The notes under the pieces were generated by a model that had not been told where the DNA came from, made no database searches, and saw only the letters and a program-made list of their open reading frames with translations. From an uncultured Gammaproteobacteria bacterium (lineage in GTDB: Bacteria > Pseudomonadota > Gammaproteobacteria > Steroidobacterales > Rariloculaceae): DNA of 64,000 nucleotides. The stretch is taken from contig CAWEOP010000003.1 in assembly GCA_963810755.1 (NCBI GenBank), positions 801,395 to 865,394 of the forward strand, given 5' to 3'. Position 1 is the stretch's first letter. Every line of letters begins with the position of its first letter. The translations under genes and the position numbers were made by a program. Positions 29,309-38,935 of the stretch are shown here, one piece after another.

Positions 29309-31173
29309 CTAGATCTCGATCTCGGTCGCGAGGACAACGACGCGGCGCGTCGGCATGCGGAAGAACTCGGCGGCCTGCGCGCCGCGCCGCTGCAGATACG
29401 CAAACGCCGCGGCCTTCAGCCCCGCGATGCCCGGGTCGCGGTACCGCGCGCACGAGGTGCCAGCCCAGGAAGAACGTGCAATCCGCGTCGATCACGCGCA
29501 GGCCGCGCTGGCGCGCTCCGCGCAGTGCTTCGCTCACGTCGGGCGTCTCCATGAAGCCGAAGCGTGCGCGCACGGCGTGCACGTTCGGCATGAGCTCCTC
29601 GACCCACGCGCGCGCCGCGCGGTCCTGGCGCGGCTGCCGCAAGATCTCGAGATGCAGGATCACGATGTGCTCGTGATAGACGTGGTTGTGCTCGAGGTTG
29701 CGCAGCATCGCTGTCGGCACGAAGCCGCTGTGGCTCACCAGGAATACGGCCGTGCCGGGTACCTTCGTCGCGTTCTCCGAGTAGGGACGGCAGCTCGGTC
29801 CACGGCACGGCTCGCGCTGGAGCGCGCGGCGCAGCCGCGGCGCGGCCGTCGCGCCACGTGATGAATCCCATGAACATCAAGCTCGCGAGCAAGAGCGGCA
29901 CCCAGCCGCCGCTCGGGATCTTGGTCACGTTGCCGACCACGAACGCGATGTCGATCAGGAGGAACAGGCCGAACACGGCGACGATCCGCCAGGTCGGCCA
30001 TCGCCACGAGGTCTGCGCTACGACGGCGCCCGAGCAACGTCGTGATCATCATCGTGCCGATCACCGCCGCGCCGTACGCGGCCGACAGCGCGCTCGGAGG
30101 AGCCGAAGGCAAGCACGAAACCGACGACGGCGAGGAACATGAACAGGTTCACGGCCGGCACGTAGATCTGGCCGCGCTCGTCCGGCGACGTCTGCAGGAT
30201 CTGCACGCGCGGCAGCAGGTCGAGCTGCACCGCTTGGCGCGTCACCGAGAACGCGCCCGAGATCGTCGCCTGCGACGCGATGATCGTCGCGGCCGTCGCG
30301 AGAATCACGAGCAGCGGCAGCAGCGAGCTCGGCGCGAGCTCGAAGAACGGGTTCACGAGCGCGCGTTTGCGCTCCGAGCATCAGCGCGCCCTGGCCGAAA
30401 TAGTTGAGCAGCAAGCCGGGCCATACGAGCGCGAACCACGCGAGCCGCACGGGCTGCCTTGCCGAAATGGCCCATGTCGGCATACAGCGCCTCGCCGCCG
30501 GTGAGCACGAGGAACACGGCGCCCAGGATCGGCAGCGCGACCGCGGGATGCTGCGCGAGCAGCGCGAGCGCGTAGCCCGGAAACAGCGCGAGCAGCACAT
30601 CGGGTTGGCGCACGATCGCGACGATCCCGAGCACGCCGAGCGTGACGAACCAGATCACCATGATCGGTCCGAACAGGCCGCCGACGCGCGCGGTGCCGCG
30701 CTTCTGCAGAACGAACAGCGCAGCGATGATCACCAGCGTGACCGGCAGGACCGCCTGCTCGAACGTCGGGTTGAGCAGCTCGAGGCCCTCGACGGCGCTC
30801 AAGACCGAGATCGCGGGCGTGATCATGCCGTCGCAGTAGAACAGCGCCGTGCCGAGCGCGGCGAGGCGCGACGAAGCGTATCGCCCAGGCGCTCGTCGTG
30901 CCGAGCTTCTGCTGCACGAGCGCGAGCAGCGAGAGGATGCCGCCTTCGCCCGCGTTGTCCGAGCGCAGGATCAGCACGATGTACTTGAGCACGATGACGA
31001 TGAACAGGCTCCAGAAGATCATCGACAGCACGCCGAGCACCGTCGGCGCGATCCACGCCGCCCGCGGCCGCCGTCGCTTCCTTGAGCGCGTACAGCGGGC
31101 TCGTGCCGATGTCGCCGTAGACGACGCCGAGCGCGCCGAGCGTCGCGCGAGCCAAGGAGCGTTGCTCGTTCAT
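29309..31173 (-). pseudogene. kup: Kup/HAK/KT potassium transporter, at least 8 frame breaks
   Basis: Nine collinear fragments appear in successive frames (ORFs 30823..31173, 30381..31040, 30353..30826, 30061..30600, 30018..30356, 29735..30112, 29416..29976, 29127..29738, and a last piece ending at TAG 29309-29311). They carry [71 protein letters not shown] and RRVVVLATEIEI. Confidence 0.9.
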
Positions 31174-31240
31174 ACGACGGTTCGAATGGGCATGTGTGCG
31201 GGGAAGGGCCGGAAGAATCGAGTGCGCGTAGTCCGCTGCG

Positions 31241-31873
31241 TTAGAGCTTGTGCGCGGGGTCGAAGGTGGGTTTGACGGTGCCGAGGCGCTTCGCGACCTC
31301 GAACAACGTCGGATAGAACTGCACGAACGTGTTGTCCACGGCCGTGTTCGCGGCGTGACACGAGTAGCACGAAGCGGACGTCGGCAAGGCCTTGGCGGAG
31401 CTCGCGGGTCCGTTCTCGCCGTCGAAGCTGAAGTAGCCCCAGCCGTTGCTGCCGGCGTTGCCGCCGAAGCGCGCGACGTCCTTCACGGCGGCTTCGATCG
31501 CGGCGAGCGCGCCTTGCGACTTGCCGACGTTGTCGATCGACGCCGCGCTTTCCGCGCGCCGTACTTCGAGGATGAACATCGTCTTGTCGGGCCAGGTGCC
31601 CGACTTCATGAACTCGCGATAAGCCGGCGGCGTGACGTATACGTTGGTAAAGACGGATGGGCGCTTGCCGTCCGCCGTCGGTGCCAGTGCGGCCGGGCCG
31701 TAGAACATGTCGAGCCCCGAGGTGAGATAGATCCACTCGCGAAAGTCGGCGGGCCGCTCGAGCTCGCCGGCCGCATTGAACGACGGGGCGTCCGCCTCCG
31801 CCGCGAGCGTGCACGTCAAAGCGCTCAGCAACGCGAGCAAGGGGGTGCCGGCTCTAAGGGTGTTCGTAGTCAT
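31241..31873 (-). CDS. cytochrome P460 family protein, secreted
   Basis: It has a signal peptide, the pattern REWIYLTSG...FTNVYV and the C-terminal haem site CYSCHAAN...FVQFYP typical of cytochrome P460. Confidence 0.8.
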   Translation of the reverse strand: MTTNTLRAGTPLLALLSALTCTLAAEADAPSFNAAGELERPADFREWIYLTSGLDMFYGPAALAPTADGKRPSVFTNVYVTPPAYREFMKSGTWPDKTMFILEVRRAESAASIDNVGKSQGALAAIEAAVKDVARFGGNAGSNGWGYFSFDGENGPASSAKALPTSASCYSCHAANTAVDNTFVQFYPTLFEVAKRLGTVKPTFDPAHKL

Positions 31874-32097
31874 CTCGCTCGGGCTCCGTCGATTCTGGCC
31901 GTGCCGGCTTTCTGAGAACGCCCGCGCTCGAAGGAATCGTCGGCTGCGAATTGTACTCCTCCGTTTTCGCGCGCGGTAATGCGGCTAGCGCATTGGATTC
32001 ACACTTTCTCGACGGAGCGGCACCCGACGCGGCCCAGTCGGCTCCGGCACGGCGCACCAGCTCGAACCTCCGCCTATCGCCGAGCCCGCCTGAGACT

Positions 32098-32475
32098 TCA
32101 ACAAACCTGCTCGGGATTTTGGAACAGGTTCGATTGGTCTTCGTCGCCCCGGGGGGACACGCACTTGAAGTCCTTCTCGACGAGTAGCTTCAGAGGGCCG
32201 CCGCGCGGTAACTTCAGCTCGCCGTGCAGCGAAACGGCCGTGTCGTCTTTCGCCCACGTAGAGATTTCGCGCGCCGGAAGCTTCACGACCATACGATCGC
32301 GCGTGTAGGAGGCGCTCGCATTCGAGCTGTTCTCGAGTGACTCCAACGCGAACGTGAACACGGAGCCGTCGGGGAAGCGCGTCTGGCCTTCGACGATGCC
32401 TTGCTCGTCGGCGGCGACTACTTCGTCACGCGACAACCGCAATCTGATGGAATCGTCCAGCAAGCGGAGCTTCAT
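32098..32475 (-). CDS. conserved hypothetical protein (125 aa), last gene of the hydroxytransferase-like operon
   Basis: An intact ORF 43 nt downstream of the beta-subunit gene. MKLRLLDDSIRLRLSRDEV... I cannot name a family confidently. Confidence 0.6.
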   Translation of the reverse strand: MKLRLLDDSIRLRLSRDEVVAADEQGIVEGQTRFPDGSVFTFALESLENSSNASASYTRDRMVVKLPAREISTWAKDDTAVSLHGELKLPRGGPLKLLVEKDFKCVSPRGDEDQSNLFQNPEQVC

Positions 32476-32518
32476 TCACGGTCCTTGTAACGAAAGTGGC
32501 CTGCGCGATTCCGGCTCG

Positions 32519-33364
32519 TCAAGCCGCCAGATCGATTCTGCCGAGGTAAACGCTCTTGCGCAGCTCGAGGTCGAGCCGCTTCGCTTCACGGCCGGCGACC
32601 TCGACGACGACCCGATAGCGTCCGCTGTCGGGCTTGAGACCTTCGATCTTGAACTCGCCGTAGGCGTCGGTCAGCGCTTCGCCCACGACGGATCCGGAAG
32701 CTTCGAGCTTGATCTTCGCATTGGCGACGCAGTCGGTTACACCGTTCACGGTCTTGATGATCGTGCCGCCGACGAACTCGTGCGTGTAGCGATCGAGATT
32801 CTTGTAGTGAACCCTGGGCTTGGTCGCCCACTCCGGATTTAGCTCGCGCAAACCCTCCCGGGATTTGATCGCGGCCATTTCCTCGTCCGTGACCTTCACC
32901 GACTTGAGCGCCCCCGTTGCGCACACCGTGACGCAGCGCGGTTCCGCCCAGCCGCGGTCGAGCAAGTGCGCGTCGAAGAACCAGTGCTGAGGAAGCTTGA
33001 GCTCCTCGTTCCAGCGTACGGCGCCATAGGGACACGCGTCGGCGATGGCCTTCTGCCCCTTGGCCTTGACGGGATCGATGTGCACGATCCCGTCCGGGCG
33101 CTTCGTGACCGCTCCGTTCTTGGCGGCCGCGATGCACGGCGCGTCGTCACAGTGCTGGCACATCACCGGCAGATAGGCGACGTCCATGACGGGGCCCGAG
33201 CCGCGCTCGTTGGAGCGAATGTCGATCCATCGAGACCCATGCTTGGGCATCGGCGCGGCATAGCCTTCGAATTCGTTATCGACGTGCTCGTCCTGATTGG
33301 CCAACGTGCACAGATTGCAGTTGGTGCACTTCGCGACGTCGACGATCAGATTCCACTTCTTCAT
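32519..33364 (-). CDS. 4Fe-4S ferredoxin-type beta subunit with C-terminal Ig/carboxypeptidase-regulatory-like domain (BthL / resorcinol hydroxylase small-subunit-like)
   Basis: The Cys clusters are CTNCNLC, CQHCDDAPC, CPYGAVRWN and CVTVCATGA. The C-terminal ~90 aa beta-sandwich (GGTIIKTVNGVTDCVANAKIKLEASG...GEFKIEGLKPDSGRYRVVVEVAG) matches, from memory, the Pelobacter transhydroxylase small subunit. Confidence 0.85.
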   Translation of the reverse strand: MKKWNLIVDVAKCTNCNLCTLANQDEHVDNEFEGYAAPMPKHGSRWIDIRSNERGSGPVMDVAYLPVMCQHCDDAPCIAAAKNGAVTKRPDGIVHIDPVKAKGQKAIADACPYGAVRWNEELKLPQHWFFDAHLLDRGWAEPRCVTVCATGALKSVKVTDEEMAAIKSREGLRELNPEWATKPRVHYKNLDRYTHEFVGGTIIKTVNGVTDCVANAKIKLEASGSVVGEALTDAYGEFKIEGLKPDSGRYRVVVEVAGREAKRLDLELRKSVYLGRIDLAA

Positions 33365-33395
33365 TGAGGTCGCCCAGTCCGGGATCGCTTGAGTC

Positions 33396-36300
33396 TCACG
33401 CCACTCTCACCTTCGGTTCGGGAACCGGGACGGAGATCTCGCCCTCGCTCCACCTCTCGACTTCGATCAGGCAGCAGCTCGCGCCCATCGAGTGGGCCTT
33501 GCTGATCTGCGACTTGCTCGACGACAGCAGGTTCACGCAGCCGCCGCGGTCGGCCGACTTCCCCGGCTCGCCGACGGGATCGTAGACGCCCGAAGAGCTG
33601 TAGGAGTGCACGACGCCTTTCAGCATGCGGTGCGTGACCTTGGCGGCGCACACCACGGAGCCGCGCGCGTTGTGCAAACGAACGAGATCGTTGTCGCGGA
33701 TGCCGCGTGCCTTCGCGTCGTCGGGATGGATGCGCAGCACCCAATAGTAGTAGCCATCCACGAGCACGCGATGATCGGGGATGTCGTTCAAGAAGCTGTC
33801 TTTGCCGTCCATCTGGGTGTGGAACGAGAAGCGTGGATGCGGCGAGATGAGCTGCAACGGAAAGTCCTCGAAGCCCTTCGCATTCGGGCTCTCCGCCGGC
33901 CGCTCGTACTTCGCGATGGGCGGCCGTTCCACGCTATTCGGATCGAAGCGCTTCAGGCTCTCGCAATCGAACTCGATCTTGCCGCTCTGGGTCTGCAACC
34001 CCTTCAAGTACTCTCCGTTGTAGTCCGACGGTAGCGGCATCGGCTCCGGCACGTCCTTCTTTCTGCCCTCATAGAACCAGTTCCACGAGAGCGGCGCGCG
34101 CTGCTCCTCTTTCTCCGTCGGGACCACGAAGTAACCCTTGCGAACGAACTCCTTCCACGAAATGTACTTCGGCAGGTCCGATCCATCGAACTGCCGCTTG
34201 ACCCAGCCGAGCTCGCCGACGCCTTCGGTGAAATAGGCCGCGAGCCCGAGCCGCTCGCAGACCTTCTGGAAGATCCAGAAATCCGATTTCGATTCGCCGA
34301 GCGGCTCGATGCACTTGTGTTGGAAGGTGATCACGCGATGGTTCAGCTGCTGCTCGCCGTGATGAGCGTAGCCGCCGAGTCCGGCCCACTCGCTGATGTC
34401 GTAGCGCTCGAAGTTCGTGCAGGCCGGCAGGATGATGTCGGCGAACTCGGTGTCGCCTTGCAGCCAGATGTTCTGGCTCACCAGGAACTCGAGGTTCTTG
34501 TGCCGGAACATGTTGATGTAGCGGCTGCTGTTCGGCATCGACGCGATCAGCGAGCCGCCGTACTTCCAGAGCATGTGAACGGGCGAGAAGCCGGGCTTCG
34601 GATACGTGATCTTCTGGAACTGCGCCTCGATGCTCGAGCCGTTCCACACGTAGCCTTCCGCTTTGCCGTCGATGATGGCCTCGGGCAGCTGCATGCGCGG
34701 AATGACCTGCGTGTTCGTGTTGATCGACGGCAACTGCGGCATGCGCTGGTAGAGCGTCACGCCCATGGCGGTGTGGCTGTAGTCGCCCGACATGCCGCCT
34801 TCGGCGTATCCCGGGAAATAGAAGTTGAAATCGAGCGGCGTTCCCCACTGGAGGTTGCCCATGTTGACGCCGGGCTTGCCGAGCCCCTGCATCGCGATGA
34901 GGCACACCATCGTGCGCGCCCACTGAATGCCGGTCGCGTTGCGGCACGCGCCGCCGTGACCGTTGCCCCAGGCTCCGGCGCCGAGATAGGTCTTCTTGCT
35001 CGCCCATTCGCGCGCGAGCGCGCGCACGTCGCTCGCCGGCACGCCCGTCTCGGTCTCCTGCCACTCGGGCGATTTCGGGATGCCGTCGGATAGCGCCAAG
35101 CACGTAGTCGCGCCACTTCTCGAATCCGTGCGTGTGCGTCTCGACGTACTTCTTGTCGTACGTTCCCTCGGTCATCCAGACGTACGCGATCGCGATCGCG
35201 AGCGCCGGGCTCGACGTGGGGCGCGGCGCGATCCACTTGCCGCCGAGGAGCTGAATCGAGTCGTTGTAGTACGGGTCGATGTGGACGAGCTTGATGCCGG
35301 CTTCTTTAAGCCACTGCCGGCGAATCGTGCCTTCGAGCGCGCCGTAAGCGCCGCTGTTCGATTCCGGGTTGCTCGACCAGAACACGACCATCTCGGCTTC
35401 TTTGAGGCAGTCTTCGACGGTCCCGTAGGTCTCCGACTGGCCGACCCGCATCGAGCCGCCCCAGTGATGCGTCGCGCCCCAGTACCAGCCTTCCCAGCTG
35501 TCCGGGTTGTGATGCACCTCGGTCATGCCGACGGCGTTCTCGAACTTGCGAAGCGCGGAGAGGTAATAGCCGATGTTGCCCCACGCGTGATGCGACGGGT
35601 GGCTGCACGCGATCGCGCCGTTGCCGTGCACCGTCTTCTGCCGCTTGATCTCGTTCGCGACGATGTCGAGCGCCTCGTCCCAGCTGATGCGCTCGTAGCC
35701 CGAGACGCCGCGGTTCTGCGGGTTGCGCTCACCGTTCGGATCGAAGTCGACTCGCTTCATCGGATAGAGGATCCGGTCGGGCGAATAGATCGTCGACTTG
35801 ACGGTCTGGCCGTGCGGGGCGAGCGACGTCTTGCGCGGCGGCGTGAACTCTTTGCCTTTCGCTTTGATGGTCCACGGTTGCGGGTCGTGGTCGTCGAACT
35901 CGATCGGCGTCATGCGAACGATCTTGCCGTCCTTGACGTAGACGAACAGAGGTCCGCCGTTCGCCATGTTGGCGTAACGCATCTCGCCGTTGCCTACGTC
36001 GACGCCGTAGCGCCAACCGGCCTGCAGCATCGACTCGAGCGTGAACATGAACCAGATGGCTTTGTCCTGCTCTCCGTCGAGCGTCATGCTGAAGGACTTG
36101 GCCGCGTTGATCCTGCCGAGCTGGTCGTTTGGGTGCGTGAAGATTCTGCAACCCCAAGCGCGCGCTCTTGAGCGCGACGACGACGTCGGGATTCGGGTGG
36201 ATGCCGTGGCGCGACGAGACCTTGCCGTTCTTGATGACGTAGTACCGGCCCGTGCCTGCTTTCACGCGTATCTGACCGACGAGGTCCTGCTCTTTGAGCC

Positions 36301-36409
36301 GCTCGCGGAAGGCGGGATGACGCCACGCGGTGAATTTCATCGCGAGCGCGATGCCATAGAGCAGCGTCGAAAACGCGAGCGTGCTGATTCTTTCCATTCG
36401 GTCGGCCAT
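33396..36409 (-). pseudogene. molybdopterin enzyme alpha subunit, pyrogallol-phloroglucinol hydroxytransferase (AthL)/resorcinol hydroxylase-like, with extra N-terminal TM + SCP2-like region; frame broken twice
   Basis: ORF 33396..35099 and ORF 34069..36087 are collinear with AthL as I recall it ([91 protein letters not shown]). ORF 35729..36502 supplies MADRMERISTLAFSTLLYGIALAMKF... and joins in frame after a break near 36145-36150. The second break is near 35090-35098. Confidence 0.85.
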
Positions 36410-36651
36410 CCCCAGGGTCTTCGTTGACGTTGTTACAAAATGGCGAGCTTGGGCGCCGGCGTCCCACGTTTTTAGCGTTGCAGCATGGAGTTGCCAGCGC
36501 AAGAAATCGGCGCCCTAGGGTACGGTCTCAGCCGCCGGGCGTAAAGGTCGCGCCGGTGCTAAAAGCACCACGTCGATAAGCTCCGGAGGGTTCTGTTAAG
36601 CTTGAAAAAATCGACGTGCTAGCGTCTCCCGAACCGGGCGAGGAAACGACC
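36410..36651. promoter_or_regulatory. divergent intergenic region between the two Mo-enzyme transcription units
   Basis: A 240-bp non-coding gap with locally lower G+C (TTGTTACAAAATGG, GTTTTTAGCG, CTTGAAAAAATCG) and a small hairpin GGTGC-TAAAA-GCACC. I could not assign a promoter. Confidence 0.3.
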
Positions 36652-38857
36652 TTGAGCGCAACGAAACAATCTGTCCGAGCCTCCACCGAGGTACCGGAAA
36701 ACGTCAAAATCTTGAAGAGCGTCTGCCGCAGTTGCCACGGCGGCTGCAGCACGCTGATGCACGTCGAAGACGGTAAGCTCACCAAGGTCGAAGGTGATCC
36801 CGAAGGTCCGCTGAATCACGGCTACCTCTGTCCGATCGGCGCTGCGACCACGCAGCTCGTCTATCATCCGGACCGCCTGAAATACCCGCAGCGCCGCATC
36901 GGGCCGAAAGGCTCCGGCAAGTGGGAGCGCATCTCGTGGGACGAGGCGCTCGACGAGATCTCGGAAAAAGTTCTCAAGATCCGTGCCGAGAGCGGGCCCG
37001 AGTCGATCGCGATGGGCACGGGCACGGGCCGTCATCACATCCGCTGGGTGTCGCGCTTCGGCAACGCGCTCGGGACCCCGAACTGGTGCGAGCCCGGTTT
37101 CGCGCAGTGCTTCCACCCGCGCGTCAACACCTGCATCCAGACGATGGGTGATTTGCCGGTGTGCGATTTCACGGGCGGCACGCCGCCGGCGCTCACGATG
37201 TACTGGGGGCACAATCCCCCGCATTCGGGGCCCGACGGCGAGACGCGGTTCAACGTCCGCGAAGCGTTGCTGACCAAGCCGCGACTCATCACGATCGATC
37301 CGCGCGAGACGGTCCTCGCGAAGAAGTCCGAGGTCTGGCTGCAGCTTCGGCCCGGCACCGACGACGCGCTCGGGCTCGCGTTTCTCAACGTGATCATCGA
37401 GGAAGATCTCTACGATCACGAGTTCTGCGAGAAGTACACGCACGGGTTCAAGGAGCTCGCCGAGCACGTCCACAAATTCACGCCGGAGTGGGCCGAGCCG
37501 ATTACCTGGGTGCCGGCCGACAAGATCCGGGCGGCCGCGCGTCTGTTCGCGACGGTCAAGCCCGCGATGCTCGAGTGGGGGTGCGCGATCGAGCACACGC
37601 CGAACACGATCCAGACGATTCGCGCGCTGTCGATGATCCCGGCGATCACGGGCAACATCGACGTGCCCGGCGGTTGGATCTTCGGCATGCACGGCGCCGG
37701 CCGTTTCCCGAGCCTGATCGAGAATCTCGATCCGGAAGTCGAGAAGAAGCGGCTCGGCTACGAGAAGTACAAGATGCTGTGCGGCGAAGGCGCCGACCTT
37801 CCGGCCTGTCACATCCCGACGCTGATCGACGCGATGCTCTACGGCAGAGCCGTATCGCGTCCGGGCGTTCCTCGTGTTCGGCAACAACACGCTGACGACG
37901 TATGCGAACACGAACATGGTCTACAAGGCGCTGATGAAGCTCGACTTCATGGTATGCGCCGATCTCTTCATGACGCCGACGGCAGAGCTAGCGGACATCG
38001 TGCTGCCCGCCGCGTCCTGGCCCGAGCTCAACCAGATCTGCGCGCTGCCCACGATTGCGGGCAACGTGGTCATGAGCAACCAGCAAACCGTGCGCATGGG
38101 CGAGTGCAAGTCGGACGAAGAGATCTTCGTCGAGCTCGCACGTCGCATGAATCTTCCGGTGTGCCAAGAGCCGGTCGAGGAAGTGCTCGACAAGATGCTC
38201 AAGAACGGCGGCCAGAAAGTCGACTTCAGGGGTCTGACCGAGCAGGGTTGGATCCACATGAAGCAGGAATACCGGAAGTACGAGAAGAAAGGATTCAAGA
38301 CGCCGACCGGCAAGCTCGAGCTCTACTCGACGCGGCTCGAGGCGATGGGTTACGCGCCGCTCCCGTACTACGAGGAACCGCCGGAGAGTCCGCTCTCCAC
38401 GCCCGGCGTAGCGGCTGAGTTTCCGCTCGTGCTGACGACCGGCGGACGGATTCCGACCTTCTTCAACTCGGAGCACCGGCAGCTGCCGCTGTGCCGCAAG
38501 GGCCACCCCGATCCGCTCTGCGACATCCACCCGGACACGGCTGCCGAGCACGGGATCGAGGACGGCGAATGGATGTTCATCGAGACACGCCGCGGCCGAA
38601 TCAAACAGATCGCGAACGTGACGACCAAGATCGATGCGCGCGTGATCCACTGCGAGCACGGCTGGTGGTTCCCGGAGAGGGAGGGCCCCGACTACGGAAT
38701 CTGGGAGTCGAACGCCAATCTCCTGACCGACAATCAGGGGCCGTTCGATCCGCAGATGGGCACCTATCAGCTGCGCGGGCTGTTGTGCCGCGTCGGGAAG
38801 ATCACGCCGGAGAACGACGTGTTCGGGCCTCCGGAGTTGGAAGCCGCGACCGCTTAA
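36652..38857 (+). pseudogene. cytoplasmic MopB-family molybdopterin/tungstopterin enzyme, acetylene-hydratase-like subgroup; frame broken once
   Basis: TTG 36652 follows GAGGAA. The N-terminal CRSCHGGC...C is a 4Fe-4S motif. ORF 36616..38418 continues as ORF 37874..38857 (PYRVRAFLVFGNNTL) with a break near 37845-37850. Blocks DFMVCADLFMTPTAELADIVLPAASW, TPTGKLELYS...GYAPLPYYEEP and EFPLVLTTGGR resemble acetylene hydratase as I recall it. There is no Tat signal. Confidence 0.85.
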
Positions 38858-38935
38858 GTCTGGACGCCGCGGCCGGCCTGACGCGAGTGGTCGGAGCCGG
38901 CGGAGGAGCTCGCCAAGCAGGGATCACTCGCATCG

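Noticed and set aside
31179-31189. GGTTCGAATGG, resembling a tRNA T-loop.
   Set aside because: The flanking bases cannot form a T-stem, acceptor stem or anticodon arm. It lies in the 67-nt kup/P460 intergenic gap.
36479-36496. Sigma-54-like element TGGCAACTCCATGCTGCA on the minus strand, upstream of the Mo-enzyme alpha gene.
   Set aside because: The GG to GC spacing is one nucleotide shorter than the strict TGGCAC-N5-TTGC geometry, and no enhancer-binding protein gene is nearby.
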